In this document: positions 1 through 11,625 of the stretch, one piece after another
How positions within the stretch are numbered: position 1 is the first letter of the stretch
How the letters are laid out: the number at the start of each line of letters is the position of its first letter
NCBI GenBank assembly: GCA_027001995.1
Contig: JALTLO010000184.1
Span: forward strand, 1-33,033
Source: Planctomycetota bacterium
GTDB lineage: Bacteria > Planctomycetota > GCA-002687715 > DRQF01
Reading direction: 5' to 3'
DNA length: 33,033 nucleotides
Notes under the pieces: model-generated
Told to the model about the DNA's origin: nothing
The model's input: the letters and a program-made list of their open reading frames with translations, nothing else
The model's database searches: none
Made by a program: the position numbers and the translations under genes

Positions 1-271
1 TGCACCTGTCATGATGGGTGGCGGCGGTGGTGGTGGCGGTGCTGAAGCCGCAGAAGAGAAGAGCGAATTTGACGTGATCTTGAAGGGCGCAGGTTCTGCC
101 AAGATTGCCGTCATTAAGGCTGTTCGCGCCATCACTGGTCTTGGCCTGAAAGAAGCAAAAGCTCTCGTTGACGGTGCACCATCACCAGTCAAGGAAGGCG
201 TTTCCAAGGATGACGCTGACGACGTGGCAAAGCAGCTTACTGACGCTGGCGCTGACGTCGAAGTCAAGTAA
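1..271 (+). CDS. rplL: 50S ribosomal protein L7/L12 (5'-truncated by window edge)
   Basis: Gly-rich hinge followed by C-terminal domain [10 protein letters not shown]...[27 protein letters not shown]...[11 protein letters not shown]; directly upstream of rpoB. Confidence 0.97.
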   Translation, partial: APVMMGGGGGGGGAEAAEEKSEFDVILKGAGSAKIAVIKAVRAITGLGLKEAKALVDGAPSPVKEGVSKDDADDVAKQLTDAGADVEVK

Positions 272-284
272 ACCGGTCTTTGTG

Positions 285-314
285 GGGTCTCAAAGAGCCG
301 ACTCTTTGAGACCC
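285..314 (+). other. Perfect 13-bp hairpin just after rplL (stability, processing or attenuation element)
   Basis: GGGTCTCAAAGAG-CCGA-CTCTTTGAGACCC; no U-tract follows, so not a canonical intrinsic terminator. Confidence 0.6.
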
Positions 315-579
315 TGCCCTTGAATCTTGGTGCGAAAGCGCTTAGGACGATAGGAACCGGAAAAATCGAATGAGGGGTGCGTGACTCGTTCATGCACCCC
401 CATCGTCCGTCCATACCATGGGGCGGGTGCTACCCCCCTTGCCGACACAGTAAAGGGTGTCAATGGCCAGCAGAGGGCCGTTCGAGGGGGGAAGGGAAAC
501 ACGACGGCATCCGAAAGGGTGGGATGCCGGAGCATGACCGAGCAAAAACGGCCAAATTGGCCGAAAAAAAGGGGCTAGG

Positions 580-3500
580 ATGAGCAGGATCAAGACTGCC
601 AGCGAAATTCGCAAGTATGGTGGCAAGGGTGAGATTATCGAAATCCCCAACCTCATTGCGTTGCAACTCAACGCCTATGAGGAGTTTCTGAAGCCAAATG
701 TACCTCCAGCCGACAGGGTCGGGGGTCTAGAGGCCATTATTAGCGAAGTCTTCCCAATCCAAAGTTACGACAAGACTTTGGCCTTGGAATACCTCGGTTA
801 TGAACTGGGGCGACCACGCTATACACCAGATGAGTGCCGTAGCCTTCGTCTCACTTATAGCACGCCCTTCAAGGTGCGCTGTCGCTTGAATAAGGCGGAG
901 CCTGTCGAAGAAGAAGTCTATTTGGGCGAGATCCCAATCATGGTGGGTGGCGGTGAATTCATCGTCAATGGAGCTGAGCGCGTGATCGTCAGCCAGCTCC
1001 ATCGTTCCCCAGGAGTCGACTTCTCTTGTGATGTCCAGACAAATGAGAAGAAGTTGCATTCTTGCTGGATTATCCCGGAACGGGGTTCTTGGATCGAAAT
1101 CTCCGTCAGCAAGAAAGAGGCCCTCCACGTCAAGATCGATCAGAGCGGCAAGTTCCTGTCGACGACTTTGCTGCGTGCAATGGACGAGCGGTATTCCACA
1201 GACGAAGACATCATTCGCCTGTTCCACAAGACCAAGAAAATTAAGGTCGATTCTAAAAGCGCCAACAAGCTGAAAGATAAGTTTGTTGTGGGCGATGTGG
1301 TCGACTCTGAAACCGGCGAAATTCTCATCAGTTCTGGTGAGCAACTGACAGAAGAATACATCAAGATTCTTCAAGCTTCGAAACTGAAATCGGTTGAGGT
1401 GATCGAAAAAGTCACTGACTTCCTGATTTTGAACACCTTGCGAGAAGACAACGTCAAGAGCCATGACGAAGCGCTGCTGAAGATTTATAGCCGTTTCCGT
1501 CCTGGTAACCCGCCGCAAATCGAGAAGGCAAAAGACCTTTTCGCTGAGAAGTTCTACGATCCTGCTCGCTATCGTCTGGGTAAAGTTGGTCGTTTCCGCT
1601 TGAATCGTAAGTTTAAGCAGGATGTGGGCGATGAGGTCATGACCCTTCAAGCTGAAGACATGATTAACTCGATTAGCTATCTGCTTCAGCTTCGGGCTGG
1701 AAGTGGTCAATTGGACGATATTGACCATCTTGGCAACCGTCGTGTTCGCACCATCGCTGAGTTGGCTGCTGATGAATTCCGTAAGGGATTCTTGAAGCTG
1801 CGAAAGACCGCTCAAGAGCGGATGAACATCGAAAAGGAAAACGTTACCCCTCGAAGCCTGATCAACGCCAAGACGATCAGTTCAGCCATCGATTATTTCT
1901 TTGGTCGAGGTGAGTTGTCCCAGGTGGTTGACCAAACCAACCCATTAAGTCAATTGACTCACGAGCGCCGTCTTTCGGCCTTGGGTCCTGGTGGACTCAA
2001 CCGTAAGCGGGCTGGTTTCGAAGTTCGCGATGTTCACATTTCTCACTATGGGCGTATCTGCCCGATTGAGACCCCAGAAGGTACGAACATTGGACTGATC
2101 GCATCTTTGGGCATCTACGCCGACGTCGATCAGTACGGTTTCTTGATTACACCTTATCGCAAGGTCAAGAACGGCAAAGTCTCAGACACCGTCGTTTGGC
2201 TCCGCGCGGATGAAGAAGGAGAATCGACGATCGCTCCGGCCGACACGCCTCTTGAAGAAAATGGCGATTTTACCAACGAGCGAGTTTTGTCCCGCGTCAT
2301 GGGTGACTTCCGTTTTGTTGACGGAAAGGCCGTCCAATACTTGGACATTTCGCCGAAACAGATTGTCGGTGTATCTTCCAGTTTGATTCCATTCCTTGAA
2401 CACGATGATGCTAACCGTGCTCTGATGGGATCGAATATGCAGCGTCAAGCTGTGCCTCTTCTTCGTACCGATCCACCTTGTGTGGCGACGGGCATGGAGC
2501 GAGAAGTGGCGAAGAACTCGGGCATGGTCGTGAAGGCAAGGAATGCTGGTCGGGTGAAGTATGTCTCGGCTTTGGAGATTCATGTCGGTGATGATCTCTA
2601 CACCTTGCGCAAATTCACTGGATTGAACGAGCGAACCTGCCTGAACCAGAAGCCAATCGTGGTGGAAGGGGATGAGGTTGAAGCCGGTCAAGTGATTGCT
2701 GACGGTGCTGCTACTCATGATGGTGAGTTGGCATTGGGCCGTAACATCTTGGTCGGATTCATGACTTGGGATGGATACAACTTTGAGGATGCCGTTCTCA
2801 TCAGCGAGAAGCTGGTGAAGGAAGACATGTTCACTTCGATTCACATTGATGAATTCGAGATTGAGATTCGGGAAACTAAACTGGGTCGTGAAGAATTCAC
2901 CCGGGACATTCCGAATGTGCCAGAACGAGCACTCAAGAGTTTGGATGAAGACGGTATTTGCCAAATTGGGACCCGGGTTCGCCCAGGTGATATTTTGGTG
3001 GGTAAGGTTGCTCCTAAGAGCAAGAACGAACTTTCTCCTGAAGAGAAACTGCTTCATGCCATTTTTGGTCGCGCAGGGGAAGACGTGAAGAATGATTCCT
3101 TAGAGGCTCCATCGGGCTGCGAGGGTGTTGTTATCGACACGCAAAAGTTCTCCCGCAAAGTCAACATGACTGAGGAAGAGCGTCAGAAGAACTTGGCGGA
3201 GATTAAGAAGGCGGAGACCCGCTTCCTTGGTCGATACCGGGATACACTGGCTCAATTGATTGAGCGTTTGGTTGAAATCAGCGGTAGTGATTTAGTCGAC
3301 GCCACCAGCGGTGACAAGATCACGGCGGACAGCGCTGAAAACTACTACCTGTGCAAACTCGTTCGTGAGCAGATCCTGTCTGCGGTGGATGCTCAGTTTA
3401 GTGCAGGTAAGAAGCGCGAGACAGCTCAGAGTGCGATCAAAGCCTACTTGGAACGCATCGATAACTTCGAAGGCGACAAGACCAAGCTGGTGAATCGCCT

Positions 3501-4287
3501 TTCCCGTGGCGATGAACTCCCAACTGGCGTCCTCGAAATGGTGAAAGTCTTTATTGCCACCAAGCGAAGGATGTCCGTGGGTGACAAGATTGCTGGACGC
3601 CATGGAAACAAGGGTGTGATTGCTCGGGTTTTGCCTGAGTGTGACATGCCATTCACAGCAGATGGGAAGCCCATCGATCTGTGCTTGAATCCTCTGGGTG
3701 TTCCATCCCGTATGAATGTTGGTCAGATTCTCGAAACTCACTTAGGCTGGGCCGCCAAGACCTTGGATTTCCAAGCTCTGACCCCCGTCTTCGCTGGTGC
3801 GAAAGAAACTGATATTGAAGCTGCCTTGGAAGAAGCCGGCCTGCCAAAGACCGGGAAAGTCCAATTGTACGATGGTCGGACCGGGGCTCCTTATGAGCAA
3901 GAAACGACCATTGGTTACATGTACATCCTGAAGCTGCATCACTTGGTGGATGAGAAAGTTCATGCTCGCGCAACCGGGCCTTATTCTCTTATCACGCAGC
4001 AGCCTTTGGGCGGCAAAGCACGCTTCGGTGGACAACGCTTCGGAGAGATGGAAGTTTGGGCGCTGGAAGCCTACGGCGCCGCTTACATCTTGCAAGAGCT
4101 ACTCACTGTCAAGTCCGATGACGTTGATGGTCGCACCAAGATTTATGAATCCATGGTCAAGGGTGAAAATACACTCGAGGCCGGAACACCAGTCAGTTTC
4201 GATGTTCTATGCCACGAGCTTCGTGGTCTATGTTTGAACGTTGAACTTCGCAAGCACGACGACCTGGCCGGGGCCTTAGGGGCCTAA
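580..4287 (+). CDS. rpoB: DNA-directed RNA polymerase subunit beta
   Basis: 1235 aa; motifs [92 protein letters not shown]. Confidence 0.99.
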   Translation: MSRIKTASEIRKYGGKGEIIEIPNLIALQLNAYEEFLKPNVPPADRVGGLEAIISEVFPIQSYDKTLALEYLGYELGRPRYTPDECRSLRLTYSTPFKVRCRLNKAEPVEEEVYLGEIPIMVGGGEFIVNGAERVIVSQLHRSPGVDFSCDVQTNEKKLHSCWIIPERGSWIEISVSKKEALHVKIDQSGKFLSTTLLRAMDERYSTDEDIIRLFHKTKKIKVDSKSANKLKDKFVVGDVVDSETGEILISSGEQLTEEYIKILQASKLKSVEVIEKVTDFLILNTLREDNVKSHDEALLKIYSRFRPGNPPQIEKAKDLFAEKFYDPARYRLGKVGRFRLNRKFKQDVGDEVMTLQAEDMINSISYLLQLRAGSGQLDDIDHLGNRRVRTIAELAADEFRKGFLKLRKTAQERMNIEKENVTPRSLINAKTISSAIDYFFGRGELSQVVDQTNPLSQLTHERRLSALGPGGLNRKRAGFEVRDVHISHYGRICPIETPEGTNIGLIASLGIYADVDQYGFLITPYRKVKNGKVSDTVVWLRADEEGESTIAPADTPLEENGDFTNERVLSRVMGDFRFVDGKAVQYLDISPKQIVGVSSSLIPFLEHDDANRALMGSNMQRQAVPLLRTDPPCVATGMEREVAKNSGMVVKARNAGRVKYVSALEIHVGDDLYTLRKFTGLNERTCLNQKPIVVEGDEVEAGQVIADGAATHDGELALGRNILVGFMTWDGYNFEDAVLISEKLVKEDMFTSIHIDEFEIEIRETKLGREEFTRDIPNVPERALKSLDEDGICQIGTRVRPGDILVGKVAPKSKNELSPEEKLLHAIFGRAGEDVKNDSLEAPSGCEGVVIDTQKFSRKVNMTEEERQKNLAEIKKAETRFLGRYRDTLAQLIERLVEISGSDLVDATSGDKITADSAENYYLCKLVREQILSAVDAQFSAGKKRETAQSAIKAYLERIDNFEGDKTKLVNRLSRGDELPTGVLEMVKVFIATKRRMSVGDKIAGRHGNKGVIARVLPECDMPFTADGKPIDLCLNPLGVPSRMNVGQILETHLGWAAKTLDFQALTPVFAGAKETDIEAALEEAGLPKTGKVQLYDGRTGAPYEQETTIGYMYILKLHHLVDEKVHARATGPYSLITQQPLGGKARFGGQRFGEMEVWALEAYGAAYILQELLTVKSDDVDGRTKIYESMVKGENTLEAGTPVSFDVLCHELRGLCLNVELRKHDDLAGALGA

Positions 4288-4304
4288 GCGGGGGGAGAAT
4301 GAGC

Positions 4305-7300
4305 ATGAGTACAGTCTTCAATCGAGTTAATGATGTTGGTGCAGTTACCATCCGAATGGCCTCTCCGGCAGATATCCGGAACTGGTCCTACGGTGAAGTA
4401 AAAAAGCCAGAGACCATCAATTACCGGACCTACCGTTCGGAAAAGGAAGGTTTGTTTTGCGAGCGCATTTTTGGTCCTGAAAAGGATTGGGAATGTGCAT
4501 GCGGCAAGTACAAGGGCATCAAGCACAAAGGCATCATTTGTGATCGCTGCGGTGTCTTGGTGACCCATTCCCGTGTTCGCCGTAGTCGCATGGGCCATAT
4601 CAACTTGGCTGCACCTGTGGGCCACATTTGGTTCTTCAAAGCCATGCCTTCTCGCATGGGTACATTGTTGGCGATGAAAACGTCTGATCTTGAGAAGGTC
4701 GTATACTTCCAAGATTATGTTGTGGTGGACCCGGGAAACCCTGAGGAAACCGGCCTACAAGAAATCCAATTGCTGACGGAAGATGAGTACCGTCAAGCGA
4801 AGATCAAGTTTGGCAACAAGTTTGAAGCGGGCATGGGTGCGGAAGCCATCAAGAAACTCTTGATGAAGCTTGATCTTGGCAAGATCTCCGTTGAGCTTCG
4901 TCAAGAGCTGCAAGAAACTCGCTCGAAGCAACGGGCCAAAGACATTGTGAAACGTCTGGGTACTGTTGAAGCGTTGCGCGATTCCGAGAACCGCCCGGAA
5001 TGGATGATCTTGGATGTTGTTCCTGTGATTCCTCCTGACCTTCGCCCTCTGGTTTTGTTGGAGAGCGGCAACTTTGCTAGCTCCGATTTGAACGATCTTT
5101 ACCGGCGTTTGATCAACCGCAATAACCGCTTGAAGAAGTTCCTTGATCTGAACGCCCCGGAAGTCATTATTCGCAACGAAAAGCGCATGTTGCAGCAATC
5201 CGTGGATGCGCTCTTTGACAACGCCCGTTGCCGCCGTAGCGTCCTGGGTTCCAACAACCGTCCCCTCAAGTCCTTGACCGATATGATTAAGGGTAAGCAG
5301 GGTCGTTTCCGCGAGAACCTCTTGGGTAAGCGCGTCGACTACTCGGCTCGTAGTGTTATCGTTGTTGGACCTGACCTCAAGCTGCATCAATGCGGTTTGC
5401 CCAAGAAGATTGCTCTTGAACTCTACCAACCATTCATCATTCGCCGGCTTAAAGAACTTGGTTTCGCGGACACGATTCGCAGCGCCAAGAAAATGCTGGA
5501 ACGGAAAGACGATGAAGTCTGGGACATTCTCGAAGAGGTGATTGACGAGCATCCAGTTCTCTTGAACCGTGCTCCAACCCTTCACCGTATGGGTATTCAG
5601 GCTTTCGAACCAACGCTGATCGAAGGAAACGCTATTCGCTTGCATCCTTTGGTTTGTACTGGCTTCAATGCTGACTTCGATGGCGACCAAATGGCTGTTC
5701 ACTTGCCTCTTTCCTATGAGGCTCAAGTAGAAGCACGGACATTGATGTTAGCTCCTCACAACATTTTCTCGCCAGCCAGTGGTCATCCGATCATTTCGCC
5801 AACGCAAGATGTTGTGCTCGGGGCCTTCTATCTGACCACAGATCAACCTCACGTCAAACTTTACGAACGGGCCTTCTCGTCGCCGCTTGAGGTGATGACT
5901 GCCTTCGCCAATGGCAAGGTGCGCACCCATTCGAAGATCAAAGTGAGGCTCCCTGGGGAAAAGACGATTTTCAATCGTGATAGCGAGTACACCGCCACTG
6001 ACGAAATCGTGCAAACGACCGTAGGACGGATCTTGTTCAACGATATTCTTCATGAGGGCATGAAGTACTACAACGTTGAGATGTCCAAGAAGACGTTGTC
6101 CCGAGTTATCACGGATTGCCACAAGCGTTTGGGACGCAAATACACCCTTGAGTTGCTTGACGATCTGAAGGAAATCGGCTTCAAGTCGGCGACCCGTGCT
6201 GGATTGTCATTTGCCAAGGGCGACATGCGGATGCCGTCCAAAAAGGGTGAGATCATCGCGGATGCCGAAGCCAAAGTGCAAGGCATTGAAGATAACTACG
6301 CCAATGGTGTCATTACCGATGGTGAGCGTTACAACCAAATCATCGACACTTGGACCCATACCCGTGAAGTCATTGGTGAGGAGATGATGGCGGAGTTGAA
6401 AGATGACTTCGGTGAAGAGGGTATTCGCATGAACCCGATCTTCCAGATGGCTGCATCTGGTGCTCGTGGTTCGGTGGAGCAGATTCGTCAATTGGCCGGT
6501 ATGCGTGGTCTGATGGCCAAACCAAACGGCAAGATTATCGAGTCACCGATTAAGGCTAACTTCCGCGAAGGTCTCCGAGTTCTTGAGTACTTCTCATCTA
6601 CCCATGGTGCTCGGAAGGGACTGGCAGATACGGCACTCAAGACTGCTGACTCTGGTTACTTGACGAGAAAACTTACGGACGTCACCCAGAACGTTGTCAT
6701 TCGACAAGTCGATTGCGGCACTACTAACGGCATCACGAAGGGTGCCGTTTACAAGGGTGAGCATGTTGAGGTTTCCTTGGCAGACAACATCCGGGGCCGC
6801 TCTTCTTGTGACAAAATTACCGATGTGGTTTCAGGCGAAGTGATTGTCGAAGCTGGTGGCCTTCTCGACGAGAAGAAAGCTGCGAAGATTGAAGCTTTGG
6901 GTTACGAGAAAATCCGTGTTCGTTCCGGTTTAACTTGTGAAACCCCCCGGGGTGTTTGCATTACTTGTTACGGCATGGATTTGGCTCGGGGTCGTCCTGT
7001 CGAAATGGGGCAAGCTGTGGGCGTTATCGGTGCCCAGTCAATTGGCGAGCCAGGTACTCAGTTGACCATGCGAACTTTCCATATTGGCGGAACAGCTTCT
7101 CGCTCTGTCGCCGAGTCCCATATCACCGCTCGTTTTGCCGGTGTCGTTGAGTATCGCAACGTTCGAACTGTTCAGTCTGAAGAAGGCTTGGTTGTTCTCA
7201 ATCGAAACGGCGAGATCGCTGTGATGGACGAGAAAGATCGAGAACTTGAAAAACACACCGTGCCTTTGGGGTCTGTCATCGAAGTCGATGATGGGGCTAC

Positions 7301-8402
7301 CTGTGGGGCTAAAGCGATGCTTTGTCGTTGGGATCCGCACAATATCCCTATTATCGCTGAACGTGCCGGTAAGATTCGCTTCGAAGACATTGTTGAAGGC
7401 GAAACGATGAAGCGGGAGAAAGAGCCTGGATCAAAGATTCGCCGTATGGTGATCATGGAGCACAAGGGTGAATTGCATCCTCAGCTCATCATTGAAGACG
7501 ACGAAGGTAATCCAATTGGGCTCTATCCGATTCCTGAAAAGGCTCATATCGAGGTCAAAGACGGTGCCAAAGTCAAGGCTGGCTCGATGCTTGCTAAAAC
7601 GCCTCGTGAGATGACTGGTACACAGGATATTACTGGTGGTTTGCCACGGGTTACGGAACTCTTCGAAGCGCGGACTCCGAAGGATCCATCCGTCATCGCA
7701 GAAATCGACGGTGTGGTGGAGTTGGGTGACAAGAAGCGTGGGAAACGAGTCATCATTGTCAAAGGCGAAGGCGGCATTGAGCGCGCTCACTTAGTTCCTC
7801 ACTCGAAACACTTGCGGGTTCACCGTGGTGATATGGTGCGTTCTGGAGAAGCGTTGGTGGATGGCTCACCCGTTCCTCACGACATCCTGCGGATTTCTGG
7901 AATGGATGCTCTTCACGAGTATCTGTTGAAGGAAATTCAGACAGTTTATCGATCACAGGGTGTGCGCATCGATGATAAGCACATCGAAATGGTCATTTCT
8001 CAGATGCTCCGCAAGGTAAAAGTCGAAAATCCCGGTGACACGGATTTCTTGGCCGGTTTTGTCGTCGACAAGCATACCTTCAAGGAAGCGAACGAGAAGG
8101 TGAAGACAGCCAAAGGTAAACCGGCGACGGCTCAACCTTTGTTGCTGGGGATCACGAAAGCTGCCCTGCAAAGCGAAAGCTTTATCTCAGCAGCTTCTTT
8201 CCAGGAAACTACCAAGGTACTCACCGAGGCGGCTCTGGGGGGTAAGATGGATCATCTCTTAGGATTGAAAGAGAACGTTATCTTGGGCCACTTGATTCCA
8301 GCAGGTACTGGCTTTGGCGATTACCATGCTACTTTGGTGAAACATAATGTGGAGCCAGAGGTGGAAGACGACGAAGTTATTGCCGAGGAAGCCGCTATCT
8401 AG
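4305..8402 (+). CDS. rpoC: DNA-directed RNA polymerase subunit beta'
   Basis: Catalytic [12 protein letters not shown], zinc-finger CACGKYK...[33 protein letters not shown] 4305 lies 7 nt after GGAG (alternative ATG 4299). Confidence 0.99.
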   Translation: MSTVFNRVNDVGAVTIRMASPADIRNWSYGEVKKPETINYRTYRSEKEGLFCERIFGPEKDWECACGKYKGIKHKGIICDRCGVLVTHSRVRRSRMGHINLAAPVGHIWFFKAMPSRMGTLLAMKTSDLEKVVYFQDYVVVDPGNPEETGLQEIQLLTEDEYRQAKIKFGNKFEAGMGAEAIKKLLMKLDLGKISVELRQELQETRSKQRAKDIVKRLGTVEALRDSENRPEWMILDVVPVIPPDLRPLVLLESGNFASSDLNDLYRRLINRNNRLKKFLDLNAPEVIIRNEKRMLQQSVDALFDNARCRRSVLGSNNRPLKSLTDMIKGKQGRFRENLLGKRVDYSARSVIVVGPDLKLHQCGLPKKIALELYQPFIIRRLKELGFADTIRSAKKMLERKDDEVWDILEEVIDEHPVLLNRAPTLHRMGIQAFEPTLIEGNAIRLHPLVCTGFNADFDGDQMAVHLPLSYEAQVEARTLMLAPHNIFSPASGHPIISPTQDVVLGAFYLTTDQPHVKLYERAFSSPLEVMTAFANGKVRTHSKIKVRLPGEKTIFNRDSEYTATDEIVQTTVGRILFNDILHEGMKYYNVEMSKKTLSRVITDCHKRLGRKYTLELLDDLKEIGFKSATRAGLSFAKGDMRMPSKKGEIIADAEAKVQGIEDNYANGVITDGERYNQIIDTWTHTREVIGEEMMAELKDDFGEEGIRMNPIFQMAASGARGSVEQIRQLAGMRGLMAKPNGKIIESPIKANFREGLRVLEYFSSTHGARKGLADTALKTADSGYLTRKLTDVTQNVVIRQVDCGTTNGITKGAVYKGEHVEVSLADNIRGRSSCDKITDVVSGEVIVEAGGLLDEKKAAKIEALGYEKIRVRSGLTCETPRGVCITCYGMDLARGRPVEMGQAVGVIGAQSIGEPGTQLTMRTFHIGGTASRSVAESHITARFAGVVEYRNVRTVQSEEGLVVLNRNGEIAVMDEKDRELEKHTVPLGSVIEVDDGATCGAKAMLCRWDPHNIPIIAERAGKIRFEDIVEGETMKREKEPGSKIRRMVIMEHKGELHPQLIIEDDEGNPIGLYPIPEKAHIEVKDGAKVKAGSMLAKTPREMTGTQDITGGLPRVTELFEARTPKDPSVIAEIDGVVELGDKKRGKRVIIVKGEGGIERAHLVPHSKHLRVHRGDMVRSGEALVDGSPVPHDILRISGMDALHEYLLKEIQTVYRSQGVRIDDKHIEMVISQMLRKVKVENPGDTDFLAGFVVDKHTFKEANEKVKTAKGKPATAQPLLLGITKAALQSESFISAASFQETTKVLTEAALGGKMDHLLGLKENVILGHLIPAGTGFGDYHATLVKHNVEPEVEDDEVIAEEAAI

Positions 8403-8522
8403 CGGAACTTAGTTGATGGGAGCGAGGGTCCTTCTTAGAATCCTCGACCCCGGGCCCCTCAGATTCACTGAATCTCCGGGGATTTTGTTAGAAACATAAA
8501 TGCAACAAGGAGTTGCGTCGTC

Positions 8523-8894
8523 ATGCCGACGATCAACCAGTTGGTCCGCAAGGGCCGCAAAAAGATCAAGAAGAAGAGCGGTGCTCCAGTTTTGGACTCT
8601 TGTCCTCAACGAAGTGGCGTTTGCCTTCAGGTCAAGACACAAACACCCAAGAAGCCAAACTCGGCTTTGCGGAAGATTGCCCGTGTCCGTCTCAGCAACG
8701 GCAAGGAAATCACAGCGTACATCGGCGGTGAAGGTCACAACCTTCAGGAGCACAGTATTGTGCTTGTCCGTGGTGGACGTGTTCGTGACCTTCCTGGTGT
8801 TCGCTACCACGTCATTCGTGGTGCGTTGGATGCCACCGGCGTCGATGATCGCCGCCGTGGCCGTTCTAAGTACGGTGCCAAGAGGCCTAAGTAA
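8523..8894 (+). CDS. rpsL: 30S ribosomal protein S12
   Basis: [56 protein letters not shown] upstream. Confidence 0.99.
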   Translation: MPTINQLVRKGRKKIKKKSGAPVLDSCPQRSGVCLQVKTQTPKKPNSALRKIARVRLSNGKEITAYIGGEGHNLQEHSIVLVRGGRVRDLPGVRYHVIRGALDATGVDDRRRGRSKYGAKRPK

Positions 8895-8914
8895 AGATCA
8901 AGGGAGCCTGAACA

Positions 8915-9388
8915 ATGGGCAGGAAGTACCAATCAACTGAGCGGTTTCTTAAGCCAGATCCACGTTTCAATAGCATGTTGATTTCGAAATTTATCAATTG
9001 CTTGATGCTGGACGGCAAGAAGTCGGTGGCTCAGAAGGTATTCTATGACGCCATGGAGCTAGTCGGGAAGCGCATCAATGATGTGGCGCCTGAGGAAGTC
9101 TTCGTGCAAGCCGTCAATAACATTAAGCCAGCTATCGAAGTGCGCTCGAAGCGTGTCGGTGGTGCAACTTATCAAGTGCCGATCGAGGTTAAGCGTTCTC
9201 GCCAGCAGAATTTGGCGTTTCGCTGGCTGCTGGATGCAGTCCGTAAGAAGAGTGGTCGCGCAACGAGCCGCTTCCTTGCTGACGAAATCATGGCCGCCTT
9301 CAACAAGGAAGGCGCTGCTATGACCACACGTGAGAATACACACAAGATGGCTGACGCCAACAAGATGAACGCTCACTTCGCTTGGTAG
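8915..9388 (+). CDS. rpsG: 30S ribosomal protein S7
   Basis: LMLDGKKSVA, EVRSKRVGGATYQVP, HKMADANK; follows rpsL. Confidence 0.99.
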   Translation: MGRKYQSTERFLKPDPRFNSMLISKFINCLMLDGKKSVAQKVFYDAMELVGKRINDVAPEEVFVQAVNNIKPAIEVRSKRVGGATYQVPIEVKRSRQQNLAFRWLLDAVRKKSGRATSRFLADEIMAAFNKEGAAMTTRENTHKMADANKMNAHFAW

Positions 9389-9418
9389 ATGGGGCTTCGG
9401 CCCGTCGGCAGAATCAAG

Positions 9419-9453
9419 GCGGCCTTCGCGAGAAATCGTGAAGGCCGTTTTCT
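9419..9453 (+). terminator. Probable intrinsic terminator between rpsG and fusA
   Basis: 13-bp stem GCGGCCTTCGCGA / TCGTGAAGGCCGT (two G-U pairs) with GAAA tetraloop, followed by TTTCTGTGTT. Confidence 0.7.
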
Positions 9454-9567
9454 GTGTTGATCTCATAAGAGTTTCTTCTTTTGGAGGAAGCTGGGGCAAC
9501 AACAGGGAATAAGAGAGATGTAGTTGAGTCGCATGGTTGCGGCCGGTTCGCGAGGTTTGGGTTTCTC

Positions 9568-11625
9568 ATGGCGAAATCAATCGACAAAGTTAGAAACATC
9601 GGCATCATTGCCCACATTGATGCTGGCAAAACCACCGTGACGGAGCGTGTGCTCTATTACACTGGCAAGGAACACCGCATCGGTGAGGTTCATGAAGGCA
9701 CTGCCACCATGGACTACTTGCAAGAAGAGCAAGAGCGAGGGATCACCATCACCTCCGCCGCCACCACCTGTGATTGGCGGGATAGCCAAATCAACATCAT
9801 TGATACCCCAGGCCACGTCGATTTTACTGCAGAAGTTGAAAGGTCGCTGCGGGTGTTAGATGGTGCTGTCGGCGTCTTCTGTGCCGTGGCGGGGGTAGAG
9901 GCTCAATCGGAAACGGTTTGGCGACAGGCCAATGATTACCAGGTCCCCCGTCTCGTTTTCGTCAACAAGATGGACCGAGTCGGAGCCAATTTCTTTCGTG
10001 TCGTAGATCAAATTCGAACGCGCTTAGGGGCAAATCCCGTTGTTGTTTTGATGCCTATTGGGGCAGAGAAAGACTTTGAGGGGGTCATTGACTTAGTCCG
10101 GATGGAAGCAATTCGCTACGATGACGACAGCCAAGGAGCCCGCTTTCATCGTGTGGCCATTCCTGACGATCTGTTGGAGCTGGCTCAGGAAAAGCGAGCT
10201 TTGCTTGAAGAGCAGTTGGCAGAAACAACAGATGAGCTCACCGAGAAGTATTTGTCTAACGACAAGTTGGAGTTTGCCGATATTGTCAAAGGACTGAGGG
10301 ATGCCACCATCGCAGGTGCTGTAGTTCCTGTCTTTTGTGGGTCTGCCCTGAAGAACAAGGGGGTGCAGCGGCTCTTGGATGGGGTGGATGCCTTTTTGCC
10401 CTCTCCTCTGGATGTCAAGGCCATTGAGGGCCGGGATCCAAAGGATGAGAACAAGGTCATCGCCTTGGAGCCCGATGCTAAGGGGCGCTTGGCTGCCATG
10501 TGCTTCAAGACTATTAGCGACAAGCATGGAGACCTGACCTTTGTAAGGGTCTACTCTGGGACTCTTAAGCAGGGAGAGCAGGTCTTCAACCCCCGTACTG
10601 GGAAGGTCGAGCGCATCATGCGTATCTTCCTGATGCACGCGGATTCTCGTTTGGCTGTTGATGAGGCTGTGGCCGGAAGCATTGTCGCAGTCAAAGGCCT
10701 GAAAACAGCGGTCACCGGTGATACGCTCTGCGAGAAGAAATTTCCTGTGGTCCTGGAGAGAATGAGTTTTCCTGAAACGGTTATTTCAATTGCCATTGAG
10801 CCACGGACCAATGCGGATCGGGAGCGTTTGACGGAGGCTTTGGCACAATTAGCCAAGGAAGACCCTACATTTCGCTGTACGACCCACGAAGAAACTGGGC
10901 AATTACTCATTTTTGGTATGGGTGAACTTCATCTGGAGATCATCCGCAATCGGCTGCTAAACGACTTCAAGGTCGATGTTGGGGTGGGCAAGCCACGGGT
11001 CGCATTCAAGCAAGCAATTGAGTCTGAGGTTGTTGGTGAGGCAAAATTTGTTAAACAGACCGGCGGACATGGGCAATATGGTCATGTGAAAGTCAAAGTC
11101 GAGCCTTGGCCCGATGATGTCTTTGTCTTCGAAAATCAGACTGTCGGTGGCACAATTCCTCAGGAATTCATCAAGCCCATCCAGGAGGGGGCCCATGCGG
11201 CTTGCTTGGGGGGCTTTGAGCATGGTTTTCCAATTGTGGATATCAAGGTGACCCTTTTAGATGGTTCCTTCCACGAAGTTGATTCTTCGGAGATCGCGTT
11301 CCAGCAAGCTGCCTATATGGCGGTTGAAAATGCCTTTGCCAATGGGCATGTTCAATTGCTAGAACCATATATGAAACTTAGATCCCGTGTGCCGGCTGAG
11401 TTTTTGAGTAACATCATTGGTGATTTGAATTCGCGGCGTGCGAGTATCGAGGAAATCGATACGGCGGAAGAGCCCAATGAGGTTCTCGTCAGTGTGCCGC
11501 TAAGCGAAGTTTTTGGCTACGCATCGGTTTGTCGTTCCCTGAGTCAAGGAAGAGCGTCATTTTCGATGGAGCCCTTGGAGTACCGTCCAGTACCGCCTCA
11601 GCTGGTGAACAAGTTCATCATCTAA
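9568..11625 (+). CDS. fusA: Elongation factor G (str-locus copy)
   Basis: [62 protein letters not shown]; homology begins at [13 protein letters not shown] (ATG 9568), not at TTG 9481. Confidence 0.96.
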   Translation: MAKSIDKVRNIGIIAHIDAGKTTVTERVLYYTGKEHRIGEVHEGTATMDYLQEEQERGITITSAATTCDWRDSQINIIDTPGHVDFTAEVERSLRVLDGAVGVFCAVAGVEAQSETVWRQANDYQVPRLVFVNKMDRVGANFFRVVDQIRTRLGANPVVVLMPIGAEKDFEGVIDLVRMEAIRYDDDSQGARFHRVAIPDDLLELAQEKRALLEEQLAETTDELTEKYLSNDKLEFADIVKGLRDATIAGAVVPVFCGSALKNKGVQRLLDGVDAFLPSPLDVKAIEGRDPKDENKVIALEPDAKGRLAAMCFKTISDKHGDLTFVRVYSGTLKQGEQVFNPRTGKVERIMRIFLMHADSRLAVDEAVAGSIVAVKGLKTAVTGDTLCEKKFPVVLERMSFPETVISIAIEPRTNADRERLTEALAQLAKEDPTFRCTTHEETGQLLIFGMGELHLEIIRNRLLNDFKVDVGVGKPRVAFKQAIESEVVGEAKFVKQTGGHGQYGHVKVKVEPWPDDVFVFENQTVGGTIPQEFIKPIQEGAHAACLGGFEHGFPIVDIKVTLLDGSFHEVDSSEIAFQQAAYMAVENAFANGHVQLLEPYMKLRSRVPAEFLSNIIGDLNSRRASIEEIDTAEEPNEVLVSVPLSEVFGYASVCRSLSQGRASFSMEPLEYRPVPPQLVNKFII

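Noticed and set aside
17..40. Poly-Gly GGT/GGC repeat at the window start
   Set aside because: Ordinary flexible hinge of L7/L12, not a microsatellite of interest
492..566. Resemblance to the c-di-GMP-I riboswitch (CATCC-GAAA-GGGTG-GGATGC against CAUUC-GAAA-GAGUG-GGACGC)
   Set aside because: No GGCAAAC directly 5' of the stem, no tetraloop receptor in a second stem, and a more stable alternative CGGCATCC/GGATGCCG pairing; rpoB is also an unlikely target. A cmscan would settle it.
727..1815. Long antisense ORFs opposite core genes (e.g. 727-1815, 2182-3057, 4755-5726, 24734-25450)
   Set aside because: Codon-aligned shadow ORFs arising from codon bias on the sense strand; no recognisable motifs
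3148..3510. Helical insertion in RpoB, and the long insertion in the RpoC trigger-loop region
   Set aside because: These match known lineage-specific insertions (beta i9 and beta' i6/SI3 positions); no intein N-terminal Cys/Ser or C-terminal His-Asn signatures
9481..9567. 29-aa N-terminal extension of EF-G from TTG 9481, and similar ORF-track extensions of rpsJ, rplW, rpmC and the SGNH gene
   Set aside because: Artefacts of taking the longest ORF; homology starts at the downstream ATG
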